Origin: an uncultured virus (IMG/VR IMGVR_UViG_3300030110_001396) | Taxonomy: Duplodnaviria; Heunggongvirae; Uroviricota; Caudoviricetes | Length of the DNA: 64,000 nucleotides | Direction: 5' to 3' (one strand) | Virus record (IMG/VR): IMGVR_UViG_3300030110_001396 | Shown: positions 1 to 8,104 of the stretch, piece after piece | Position numbering within the stretch: position 1 is the stretch's first letter | Layout of the letters: every line of letters begins with the position of its first letter | The notes under the pieces: model-generated | What the model saw: only the letters and a program-made list of their open reading frames with translations | The model's database searches: none | What the model was told of the DNA's origin: nothing | Position numbers and translations under genes: made by a program

Positions 1-384
1 AAAGATATTAATTTATGTGGTGGGATGCTGAGCGGTCACGGTGCCAACGGATCGTTCCGAGGTAAATGGTACGAGCCTTTAGTAGATGAATTAATGCAAG
101 AAGATTGTATTTGGCATATCGAAGGCGAAGACGCTCATATTACAGCTCAAGAGTTAAAAGAACAAGCTCAAGCTCTAGCTGATCTATTACACGCGGTCGA
201 ATCAGATGCTAAAGAACAAGATCTACTGATTGATGATGGTAAAACTACTCTATTACCTGAAACGATTATTTATCAAACACAACACGGATCACCGTATGAA
301 TATAATTATCAAGAAGTCAAAGACCTTGAATTGTTATTACGCTGTGCGAGTGAGCGTGGTGCGGTAATGTTGTGCTGGTGGTAG
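1..384 (+). CDS. Hypothetical early protein, 5'-truncated by the window edge
   Basis: Frame is open from base 1 (KDINLCGGMLSGHGANGSFRGKWY...), so the true start lies upstream of the window. Confidence 0.75.
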   Translation, partial: KDINLCGGMLSGHGANGSFRGKWYEPLVDELMQEDCIWHIEGEDAHITAQELKEQAQALADLLHAVESDAKEQDLLIDDGKTTLLPETIIYQTQHGSPYEYNYQEVKDLELLLRCASERGAVMLCWW

Positions 385-392
385 TGCAAGGC

Positions 393-423
393 TGCTTTTA
401 TTCGCTAGGCTCGGCTTTATACT
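393..423 (+). promoter_or_regulatory. sigma70-like early promoter (TGCTTT family)
   Basis: TGCTTTTATTC...TATACT(418-423); same pattern recurs at 1050, 1799 and 2558. Confidence 0.65.
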
Positions 424-457
424 ATATATAAGTAAAAAATAACTAAGGAGATTTACT

Positions 458-691
458 ATGAGTGATAAAACTAAACCACTTTCGATTCACGAGTCGAATT
501 TATTCTGGACTCCAGAGAGTTCAGAGCAGTTAACTGCACGTATTGATTTGTATAGACCTGAAGAGGCTGTACTGATGCATATGGCGTGTGCATTCCAGCA
601 GAACTTGATTGTTAACACCGTATTGAAGTACGGTATTGAGAACACCGAGTTTGTTGCTGCTAAACCATTATTTACGAGGAAAGAAGCATGA
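458..691 (+). CDS. Hypothetical early protein
   Basis: 77 aa ORF with AAGGAG Shine-Dalgarno, downstream of a promoter. Confidence 0.75.
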   Translation: MSDKTKPLSIHESNLFWTPESSEQLTARIDLYRPEEAVLMHMACAFQQNLIVNTVLKYGIENTEFVAAKPLFTRKEA

Positions 692-849
692 GTGATGACA
701 ATAACCTAGTTGCAGGAGTGATGGCTGTTGATCCTTATCCGAAGATTGACTTCGATAAGATCAACGCTGTGTTGAAAGTAGTTCGAGAAGAACTAACAGA
801 CGCTGAGTTCAGATGGTTTATAAAGAAACTCGAGAGCGGTTCACCATGA
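688..849 (+). CDS. Small hypothetical protein (53 aa, not in ORF track)
   Basis: MSDDNNLVAG...KLESGSP*; ATGA overlaps with both neighbours and GAGGA upstream. Confidence 0.65.
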   Translation: MSDDNNLVAGVMAVDPYPKIDFDKINAVLKVVREELTDAEFRWFIKKLESGSP

Positions 850-1040
850 CCGACTGTACTCTATGTGACGAGCCAATTAGCCAAGGACGAAGAAGCCTTG
901 GCTATATGACTTGTTTAGGTTGTGGTGAAGCCGCAGCCAACGAGTTAGCGGAAAAGCGTAAAAAACAGATTGCTCCAGTGTACAACAAAGGAGCTTATCA
1001 ATATATAACTGAAAACGATTTAGAGACTATCGGGAGGTAG
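846..1040 (+). CDS. DksA/TraR-like C4 zinc-finger protein
   Basis: CTLC-x-I-x3-R-x6-CLGC pattern; start moved to 846 because of the ATGA overlap. Confidence 0.6.
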   Translation: MTDCTLCDEPISQGRRSLGYMTCLGCGEAAANELAEKRKKQIAPVYNKGAYQYITENDLETIGR

Positions 1041-1049
1041 CTCTATTAC

Positions 1050-1080
1050 TGCTTTAATTCGGCTTGGTCGCGGTTATACT
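1050..1080 (+). promoter_or_regulatory. sigma70-like early promoter
   Basis: TGCTTTAATTC, then TATACT at 1075-1080. Confidence 0.65.
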
Positions 1081-1123
1081 ATATATAGTTAAAAACTAAC
1101 CATTATTTAGAAAGGAGAAAGCA

Positions 1124-1426
1124 ATGGAAAAAGAACTAAAAGAAATTATCGATATGTTGAATAAAAACGAACGTCGATTAGTCGGTGAGGATGGCGGAAT
1201 GGCTTTGAATGTACTCGCTACCCATCTATCGCCTGTTGGTATTATAAATGCTGGTCGTATCGATTATGGCTTCGGTGGTGTTTGTGATCTTATAATACGA
1301 ATCTATAACCACGGTGATTGGAAATTTGTAGTCCAGGAAGATGTTGATGCAAAACCAGTACATGACGGTGGTACAGTCTATACAGGGACTGTCGATTTAT
1401 ACAATATCAATAGCAGGGCAGTATGA
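1124..1426 (+). CDS. Hypothetical early protein
   Basis: AGAAAGGAGAAA SD; 100 aa ORF. Confidence 0.75.
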   Translation: MEKELKEIIDMLNKNERRLVGEDGGMALNVLATHLSPVGIINAGRIDYGFGGVCDLIIRIYNHGDWKFVVQEDVDAKPVHDGGTVYTGTVDLYNINSRAV

Positions 1427-1731
1427 AAAAAGATACAATTTATAATTTTTATTTGAGCACTAATGAACATACTTATGAACCGATACTTATGTTCAAAGGA
1501 ACGTTATCAGCGTTTCAAAAAGTAGAACAGCTCTACGGTGAGTTGTGGTTTAACGTGATCGATAACCAACTCGGATTACTTAATTTCGATAATGGTTATC
1601 CAGTCGATAGCCTTACAGACGATCCAATATTGTTAAAATGGGAAGGTAGTGATATAGAAGCAATCGATCTACAAACTCAAACGATTTATTATTACTTAGG
1701 TGACGGAATATTAGAGAAGGTGAACAAATGA
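1423..1731 (+). CDS. Hypothetical protein
   Basis: ATGA overlap with the previous ORF; 102 aa. Confidence 0.7.
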   Translation: MKKDTIYNFYLSTNEHTYEPILMFKGTLSAFQKVEQLYGELWFNVIDNQLGLLNFDNGYPVDSLTDDPILLKWEGSDIEAIDLQTQTIYYYLGDGILEKVNK

Positions 1732-1841
1732 GAGATCCAGACAATATGTTATTATTCTTTATGTTCGGCTTAGTGGCGTTAGTGATAGCGTCGTACGTTG
1801 CTTTATTTCCACTAATTCCTAGCTATACTATATATAGCTAA
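1728..1841 (+). CDS. Small membrane peptide (37 aa, not in ORF track)
   Basis: MRDPDNMLLFFMFGLVALVIASYVALFPLIPSYTIYS*; one hydrophobic stretch; ATGA overlap. Confidence 0.5.
   Translation: MRDPDNMLLFFMFGLVALVIASYVALFPLIPSYTIYS
1799..1829 (+). promoter_or_regulatory. sigma70-like early promoter
   Basis: TGCTTTATTTC, then TATACT at 1824-1829. Confidence 0.6.
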
Positions 1842-1949
1842 AAAATAACTTTTAGCGAACGGGATAGCAAACCAGAACTGCTAGGTTAATTAACAACAGG
1901 GAGTCTACCTACAGAAAAAGACTCCCGCTAACTAAGAAAGGAGAAAGAT

Positions 1950-2147
1950 ATGAAAATATTTACTAAAGAGCAGATTGCCGCTCAGAACCAAGGCATTAAT
2001 GATGCGAAAGCAGGATTACCTTGTGACGCATCGTCAATACGAGTAACAGCGACTTACTACGGAAAGTATGTCAACGATTACTACAAAGGCTACAAGCTAG
2101 GCTTTGCAGAGAGTTTATTAGAACGCAGGGAAGTGGCTCATGGATAG
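1950..2147 (+). CDS. Hypothetical early protein
   Basis: AGAAAGGAGAAA SD; 65 aa. Confidence 0.7.
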   Translation: MKIFTKEQIAAQNQGINDAKAGLPCDASSIRVTATYYGKYVNDYYKGYKLGFAESLLERREVAHG

Positions 2148-2547
2148 TGTGTTAAAGAAAGATATGTTCATAGACTGGAGTGATTCAGTCTATGACGGTA
2201 AACCAGATCCTGAGTGGATAAGAGTAAAATCAATACTAGACCCTATCTTGAGTGAATTAGATGATGATACAGAGATAGGCTACCACTTCGGAGAGTGTGA
2301 CGGACATGATGAAGATCATCTTGAAGAATTATTAAAAGATTCATCAGATAAATGGTCTACTATCTATGATAGTTGTTATTTCCCTGTCTCTGATGGTGGT
2401 TCTTATAGTATTATTCAAGTGGCTTACTCTATCCGTGATCGTAACTATTTCTATTTATCTGTGTCGTTAGGTGGCTCTCAAGGCTCTAGTGCTTTGACTG
2501 AATACTTTAAAGTTCCTATGACTGGTAAATGGTCCTGGAGTGCCTAA
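2140..2547 (+). CDS. Hypothetical acidic protein
   Basis: 135 aa ORF overlapping the previous stop. Confidence 0.7.
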   Translation: MDSVLKKDMFIDWSDSVYDGKPDPEWIRVKSILDPILSELDDDTEIGYHFGECDGHDEDHLEELLKDSSDKWSTIYDSCYFPVSDGGSYSIIQVAYSIRDRNYFYLSVSLGGSQGSSALTEYFKVPMTGKWSWSA

Positions 2548-2557
2548 TTCTTAGCCC

Positions 2558-2588
2558 TGCTTTAGTTCGCTAAAGTCGGGCGTATAAT
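2558..2588 (+). promoter_or_regulatory. sigma70-like early promoter
   Basis: TGCTTTAGTTC, then TATAAT at 2583-2588. Confidence 0.7.
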
Positions 2589-2653
2589 ACTATTAAGGCT
2601 AAAAAAGGTTTTAGCGATTTTAACTAGAAAAAGTCCCAAGGAGGGACAATATT

Positions 2654-2983
2654 ATGGAAAATATAGATAACAAACTATTTATGCCAACAGGAAATGATGG
2701 CATAGAAATTAGTACAGGTGATTCAGCTGTTCGACCAGAAGACTTCGAAACAGCTGAAGCAATTATAAAACATCAGTTCATAGGAATGATTGAGCAACAT
2801 GTTACAAACATTGATGATGATGCAGATGTTCCAGGAGAAGATTATGTTCAGGTGACTGCAGAGCGTACTAAAGACTACGAATACATTCATTTTGATTATG
2901 AAGGTGGGACTGGCTTTAGTTTAAGAATGCCTAGAATTGTTAGGAATGAGCCGAAGCCTGTTCAATCTACTCTAGCTGTCTAA
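2654..2983 (+). CDS. Hypothetical acidic protein
   Basis: AAGGAGG SD; 109 aa; followed by a terminator. Confidence 0.75.
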   Translation: MENIDNKLFMPTGNDGIEISTGDSAVRPEDFETAEAIIKHQFIGMIEQHVTNIDDDADVPGEDYVQVTAERTKDYEYIHFDYEGGTGFSLRMPRIVRNEPKPVQSTLAV

Positions 2984-3006
2984 TAAGCTCGACTCCCTCG
3001 AGCTTT

Positions 3007-3031
3007 GCCCTCGCTTATGCGGGGGTTTTTT
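3007..3031 (+). terminator. Rho-independent terminator
   Basis: GCCCTCGC-TTAT-GCGGGGGT stem-loop plus T run. Confidence 0.8.
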
Positions 3032-3078
3032 ATGCCTATCACATTCTATTAATCTATGTGTATTGTTATTCTCAAAAT

Positions 3079-3257
3079 TAAAAAAGTTTTTGAAAAAAGT
3101 TTTTCAAATGTACTAATATCTCTAATAAACTAATAGATTCGTTCTGTAAGTCTCTTGGTTACTCTATTCTTTGGTTTTACAAAACTAATAGAATTCTATT
3201 ACTCTATTAGAAACTATGGTAAGATTACCTAGAGGGCATGAGAAAACTATTTATTTG
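3079..3257 (+). repeat. Copy 1 of a ~180-bp AT-rich iteron-like element (inverted copy at 46572-46741)
   Basis: Exact 24-mer TAGAGGGCATGAGAAAACTATTTA (3230-3253) is the reverse complement of 46577-46600; further homologous blocks and many CTAATAGA/TCTATTAG units. Confidence 0.85.
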
Positions 3258-3308
3258 ATAATAAAACTAATATGATTGTAATAACTTTATGCGAAGCTCG
3301 GAGGTAGA

Positions 3309-3839
3309 ATGAAACAGCTGACATACACGTCATTAATGCCAACAGAAGACGGTAAAGGATTTGTTGACGACAAGGGTAAGATTTGGCAGCCACTCAACTC
3401 TAAACAAAAGAAATTTTGTAAAGAGTATTTCAAAGGGCAAACAGCCACTGAAGCCGCGATAAAAGCAGGGTATACGAAGGATCGCAAGGGTGCGAAGACA
3501 CAGGGGAGTGTATTACTAAATCATAACCCCGTTGTAAAGAACTACTTGATCGACTTGGAAATAGCAGCTTCGGAGAGAGATGCAGTTTCCCTAGAGACAC
3601 ACCTCTCTACTCTACACGACCTTAGAGAGGAGGCGAAGGACCAAGGTCAAATATCCGCTGCCATCACAGCCGAGGTCCATCGAGGGAAGGCAGGTGGACT
3701 CTACATCGATCGACGTGAAATACTAACAGCGAAAATCGATCTGATGTCCAAGGACGATATACTCGATCGACTCGAAAACCTTATTAAGAAAAGAACTTTG
3801 GATGCAAAAGTTGTTGAAGGAGAGATAGCCGCGGACTAA
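3309..3839 (+). CDS. terS: Terminase small subunit
   Basis: LNSKQKKFCKEY...ATEAAIKAGY...GSVLL N-terminal HTH typical of Terminase_2; GGAGG SD. Confidence 0.85.
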   Translation: MKQLTYTSLMPTEDGKGFVDDKGKIWQPLNSKQKKFCKEYFKGQTATEAAIKAGYTKDRKGAKTQGSVLLNHNPVVKNYLIDLEIAASERDAVSLETHLSTLHDLREEAKDQGQISAAITAEVHRGKAGGLYIDRREILTAKIDLMSKDDILDRLENLIKKRTLDAKVVEGEIAAD

Positions 3840-3884
3840 GACTCGTGCGAATCGCTCCTGGTGGCGTAATCCTGGACTCTTTAT

Positions 3885-3918
3885 AGTGCTTTACTTTCGC
3901 TTGTATCTAAGCAATAAT
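3885..3918 (+). promoter_or_regulatory. sigma70-like promoter (AGTGCTTTACTTT family)
   Basis: TTTACT-17-AATAAT. Confidence 0.65.
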
Positions 3919-3973
3919 ATACTTATCTTAAATAAAGGTTATTTAAGAATTAACTAAAGAAAGGAGAATTATT

Positions 3974-4267
3974 ATGATAGATAAAAACTATCAAGCAGGA
4001 GCCCAAAGAGGGTCAATTAACTACGACGCAGTGATCACTTTGATTGCTACGCCAAAAGGAAAGTTCCCACCTCAAGCAGGGAAGATCATCGAAGCGTTAA
4101 TCGCTGCGAAAGATCACACCATGACGGTGGGTGAGCTGATCGGCACTGACGGTTCGACCGAGAGTGCATTGGTCAAAGCTGGATTGGTAACAGTTCAAGA
4201 GCCGAATGACATTTGGGCTCATTACAGAGCTAGACTGATCAAGGAAAAGCTGATTACTGTCAGCTAA
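3974..4267 (+). CDS. Small protein, possible winged helix; paralogue of 4624 and 61489
   Basis: PPQ...TVGEL...QEPNDIWAHYRARLIKEKLI; has its own promoter, SD and terminator. Confidence 0.75.
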   Translation: MIDKNYQAGAQRGSINYDAVITLIATPKGKFPPQAGKIIEALIAAKDHTMTVGELIGTDGSTESALVKAGLVTVQEPNDIWAHYRARLIKEKLITVS

Positions 4268-4283
4268 CCACGGACAGCGAACG

Positions 4284-4306
4284 AGGGGACTTCGGTCCCC
4301 TTTTTT
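4284..4306 (+). terminator. Rho-independent terminator
   Basis: AGGGGAC-TTCG-GTCCCCT plus T run. Confidence 0.9.
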
Positions 4307-4314
4307 GTGCTCGG

Positions 4315-4396
4315 TCTACTCTACGCTCTACTCTATCACTCAATCTACTCTATCACTCTATCCGTCGCTCTACTCACCATTCCTGCTCTACTCTAT
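4315..4396. repeat. Imperfect short-repeat array (TCTACTCTA / CTCTA units)
   Basis: About five copies of (C)TCTACTC(TA); G-poor top strand. Confidence 0.75.
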
Positions 4397-4405
4397 ATAA
4401 TAAAT

Positions 4406-4451
4406 ACATTCGTGCGAATCGCCCAGAAAGAAAAAACATTCGTGCGAATCG
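4406..4451. repeat. Two 16-bp direct repeats ACATTCGTGCGAATCG, 30-bp period
   Basis: 4406-4421 and 4436-4451; core also at 3843-3854; internal dyad ATTCG-TG-CGAAT. Confidence 0.85.
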
Positions 4452-4623
4452 TGTAAATAAAAAATAAAATCGCTAAAATCGTAAAAATCGCTAATAAATA
4501 AATAATTAAATAACCTTATAAATAACTATACAAGTAAAGTAGTTTAGTATTATAATAGGTTATTGATTAGGTAATAGGCTACTAATTAATACTTTAACTA
4601 ACTAAGCCTACGAGGTATCCAAC

Positions 4624-5016
4624 ATGGATAAACAACAAAAAGAAATGGCTAACGCTAAAGCTAACATAGCTAAGCGTAAAGCTGAGATAGCTGACATTGC
4701 CCCTATTGGTAAAAGTGGTGGTGGTGTTGCTCAATCAATGGTCTTATCATTAACTGATAACGCCATGAGCGATAGAGGTATAGCACCAAGACAAGTACAA
4801 CTAGTCTTGGCTTATATCAAACTATTAGGCGGTACTGCTACAGTCAAACAAATAGATGACTTTAGCGTGAGTGCTGATGATAATATTGCATGGGTAAATG
4901 CTAGTGGTGTTGCGTATGAACAAACCCCTAGCAAAATACTGCGTACTTACATATCTAAAATGAAAGGTACTGACGCATGGAATAAATCTAACGGCAAGAA
5001 CGCCTTAGTTAGCTAA
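4624..5016 (+). CDS. Hypothetical protein, distant paralogue of 3974 and 61489
   Basis: PRQ...TVKQI...QTPSKILRTYISKM; TATAAT at 4551, GAGG SD and a terminator downstream. Confidence 0.75.
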   Translation: MDKQQKEMANAKANIAKRKAEIADIAPIGKSGGGVAQSMVLSLTDNAMSDRGIAPRQVQLVLAYIKLLGGTATVKQIDDFSVSADDNIAWVNASGVAYEQTPSKILRTYISKMKGTDAWNKSNGKNALVS

Positions 5017-5034
5017 CCTCTAGCTACCTCACCT

Positions 5035-5060
5035 AAGGGCTACATTCGTAGCCCTTTTTT
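5035..5060 (+). terminator. Rho-independent terminator
   Basis: AAGGGCTAC-ATTC-GTAGCCCTT plus T run. Confidence 0.9.
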
Positions 5061-5280
5061 ATGCCTACGATATAAGCCTACACCCTTACATTACTAACAC
5101 TACCTCTACCCTTACACCATATATAGCTACCCTTAGAACGCCCCCTATACCCCCCTAGACCGCTTCTACGTCCTCACCCTCCGCCGCTCCTTGGGTTCAG
5201 CCTTCCGATTGCAAGTACTTTACAAATAAGTCCCTATGAAAAAATTTTGCGAAAAAATTTTTTACGATTATACTTTTGAG

Positions 5281-5667
5281 ATGGGTTTTAAACTTAGCTT
5301 GATTCTCGGAGTCCTATTGGCGGCATCGTTGGCGGGTTCGTGGTTCTTATTAGACCAGATATCCACGCTCAAAGGTAATCAGATAATCCTGGAAACAAAA
5401 ATATCCGAGCAAAACGAATCCATCAAACAATACCTAGCTAAACAAGAACAACTGTCCGCGAGTCTTGGTACGTTAGAAGCCGAAAAACAAAACGCACTTC
5501 GTGAAGTAAATAAATTAAGAAACACATTTGCTAAGCACGATCTAGATAACCTTGCACTAAACAAACCTAAACTTGTTGAGAAGATGGTAAACCGTGGTAC
5601 TAAACGAGTTATAGATAATCTTGTAACATTAACAACAGTAAAAGATGAAGAAGAAGTTACTAATTAG
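5281..5667 (+). CDS. Putative inner-membrane spanin (Rz-like)
   Basis: N-terminal TM helix plus long coiled coil, overlapping a lipoprotein gene; start at 5281 preferred. Confidence 0.6.
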   Translation: MGFKLSLILGVLLAASLAGSWFLLDQISTLKGNQIILETKISEQNESIKQYLAKQEQLSASLGTLEAEKQNALREVNKLRNTFAKHDLDNLALNKPKLVEKMVNRGTKRVIDNLVTLTTVKDEEEVTN

Positions 5668-6004
5668 TCTCGGTGCATTAATCGCGGTCAGTGGTTGTTC
5701 GTTATTACCTACAGCTAAACCGATAGATGTTAATACGATTGCATTACAAGCACCGATGTACCACCCACCGTTACCTATGGAAATCCAAGCGACCGAGGTC
5801 ACATTTGAAGTGTTAACTCCAGAGATCATGGAAGAATACCTACAACTCGTTAAAGAAGGTAAAGCTCCTGCGGTTGCATACTATGCGTTGACCACACAAC
5901 AATACGAAAACCTTTCGATGAATATGGCAGAGATCACACGTTACACAAAGAACATTTTAGCGATTGTAGAGTATTATAGGGAATACGATGAGCAAGGGGA
6001 GTAA
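5645..6004 (+). CDS. Putative outer-membrane spanin lipoprotein (Rz1-like)
   Basis: MKKK, hydrophobic stretch and lipobox VSGC; Pro-rich segment. Confidence 0.65.
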   Translation: MKKKLLISLGALIAVSGCSLLPTAKPIDVNTIALQAPMYHPPLPMEIQATEVTFEVLTPEIMEEYLQLVKEGKAPAVAYYALTTQQYENLSMNMAEITRYTKNILAIVEYYREYDEQGE

Positions 6005-6134
6005 ACGTAGACCAGAAAAAGGTAATCAATACCAAGATAACTGGGAAAAAATATTCGGGAAGAAAGATGCCAAAAACAGTACCAAAGTTCAAAGAACCGC
6101 TAATCTTCGGGTATTACATACACGCCAGACCTGA
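5988..6134 (+). CDS. Small hypothetical protein (48 aa, not in ORF track)
   Basis: MSKGSKRRP...YQDNWEKIFGKK; fills the gap between flanking ORFs. Confidence 0.5.
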   Translation: MSKGSKRRPEKGNQYQDNWEKIFGKKDAKNSTKVQRTANLRVLHTRQT

Positions 6135-6384
6135 TCTAGGCGAGATCAAATGGCAATGGGCTGATCAACGTAAACAATTTTGGGAAGATTGGATTCCTAA
6201 AGATAAAGATCTAATTATTCATACCAAACTATCCGCGGACCACGAACAGTTGTTCAGGGATGCATTTTGGGCGGATATGGAAGATGAAATACGGAATACG
6301 AAAGATAGTCTAAATAAAAGGGCTAGGGAACGACGGGCTAAGAAAAAAGTTACCGCGAACCAAGGATCCCACCCTTCACCCTAA
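6067..6384 (+). CDS. Hypothetical protein
   Basis: 105 aa ORF with basic C-terminus. Confidence 0.65.
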   Translation: MPKTVPKFKEPLIFGYYIHARPDLGEIKWQWADQRKQFWEDWIPKDKDLIIHTKLSADHEQLFRDAFWADMEDEIRNTKDSLNKRARERRAKKKVTANQGSHPSP

Positions 6385-6446
6385 CTACTTTACTTATCCC
6401 TGAAACACAACGTTTTACATTTTGTTATTAATTAGCTTATACTTCG

Positions 6447-7124
6447 ATGATGGCGGATCTCGATCGTATAACCGAATTGCTTTTATCAGACGAAGAAATG
6501 CCTGACGTTTATTATTCTATGTTAGAAAATGCGTCAGATACCGAACCCACTTTAGATCCAAATTCATTAGAAGCATTAATAGCTAATCGACAATCTCAAG
6601 GTGAGCTTTTGATGAATATGGCAATGGGTCCTAAAAACATAAGTAAATCCGCAATACAGAGATTTATACCCCGTCCCCGTGTAGAAGATAGAGTAAATAA
6701 TAGGGCTGATTTAAAAAAACTAGTACGTAAATTTATAAACCCTAAAACTGGAAAATTAGAAGACGATTTATTTTACGCAGGAAGACCCTCAGCTCAAACC
6801 CCAGAAAGGATATTTAAGTATATTTCTGACGAGCGTAAACGTCCTTATTTTTTAGATGTTCGACGTGACGGTTCTATTAAAAAAGTAAACATACCAACAA
6901 AAAGAGATGTAGTTGATTTAGATGATCTAAAAACTTTTAATCCATATGGACCAAAAGATGTTAAAAATTATTATATGAGTAATCCTATAAAAGAAATGCT
7001 TATGCCTTATTCAAGAAGAGTTAAGATAACGCGTGAAACAGGAATAGATCCATTGAGCCCTAGAGGTCCTTATAGAAACATAGACGCTGAAGCTGATAGA
7101 TTGCTTAAAGAATTAATGAAATAA
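6447..7124 (+). CDS. Hypothetical protein
   Basis: 225 aa; TTTACA-18-TATACT promoter immediately upstream; TAATG coupling to the next gene. Confidence 0.75.
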   Translation: MMADLDRITELLLSDEEMPDVYYSMLENASDTEPTLDPNSLEALIANRQSQGELLMNMAMGPKNISKSAIQRFIPRPRVEDRVNNRADLKKLVRKFINPKTGKLEDDLFYAGRPSAQTPERIFKYISDERKRPYFLDVRRDGSIKKVNIPTKRDVVDLDDLKTFNPYGPKDVKNYYMSNPIKEMLMPYSRRVKITRETGIDPLSPRGPYRNIDAEADRLLKELMK

Positions 7125-8104
7125 TGGCTACCCCTGAATCCATCGCAGCACCCAGAGAAATCACAGAGCTGAATCCCTTAATGGATTTATTAAATGAGCT
7201 AAACCCAGCATTACAAAATGATCCTGTCTTCCAAAAAATTTCTGGGGCAGGAGGATTTTTAAGAGATCTAATAGAAGATCCGTTTAACTATTTAGGCGGT
7301 GGTGCAGGAGCAGGATTAAAAGGAGCCTCTGTTTTTCTTTTAGCAAGACGAGCTGAATTAGAAGATTTAATCAAAGCTGTAGATACCGATCCGTTGTTAA
7401 AAGGTAATCAAGGATTAAAGAAATCATATAAAAAAGAATTAGATGAAGTAAATCAAAAAATTGCTGAAAACGCAAAACTCAAAACTCAAGCCGATGAATT
7501 GATGGCAGATCCTAGTAAGGTTGGAGTTTCTTTAAAATCTGAAAACGATATAGCTGAACTTGCAACACAAATACGTAGAAACGAAAAAGCAGGAACTCCG
7601 TTGTTGTTTCACGGAAGTAATAAAGGTATTGGTTCGTTACAGGATAGATTAATGTATTTATCAGAAAACGCAACAGATCCTAGGTTTGCATCTTACGCAA
7701 AAAATAAAGGATTAGTCATGAACCCTAGCTTTTCAAAAACATTAGATGTAGATAATATCCCGCCTAAAATGGATCAGGTTTTAACTAATTTAGAAATGTA
7801 TCGAGGAAGACCTAGTAGAGGAACACCTACTAAATTAGATTTCGATTTAGATATTTTACGCGGTAATATGCAAGGAATACCTAACAAAGTTCCTCCCGCT
7901 ATGAGCAAAGAACTTGCAGAAGTTTTTACAGATCAAGGATATGACGCATTAAAATTTCCTCCGCGAACAAGTAAGCTTATGAAAGATGAGACAAGTACTT
8001 ATGTTGCACTTGATCCTGCGAACACACTAAAAGTTTTTGATGAACTAGAACCCGAACAAATACCCGACTTAATACAAGAGCTATTACGCAATAAATTTGA
8101 ATGA
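7124..8104 (+). CDS. Protein with C-terminal ADP-ribosyltransferase-like (ART-PolyVal-type) domain
   Basis: LFHGS...MYLS...ASYA...GYDAL...E..TYVALDP motif order. Confidence 0.55.
   Translation: MATPESIAAPREITELNPLMDLLNELNPALQNDPVFQKISGAGGFLRDLIEDPFNYLGGGAGAGLKGASVFLLARRAELEDLIKAVDTDPLLKGNQGLKKSYKKELDEVNQKIAENAKLKTQADELMADPSKVGVSLKSENDIAELATQIRRNEKAGTPLLFHGSNKGIGSLQDRLMYLSENATDPRFASYAKNKGLVMNPSFSKTLDVDNIPPKMDQVLTNLEMYRGRPSRGTPTKLDFDLDILRGNMQGIPNKVPPAMSKELAEVFTDQGYDALKFPPRTSKLMKDETSTYVALDPANTLKVFDELEPEQIPDLIQELLRNKFE

Noticed and set aside
4315..4451. Repeats as a CRISPR mini-array
   Set aside because: Units are too short and irregular, there are only two 16-bp copies with a 14-bp gap, and no cas genes are present.
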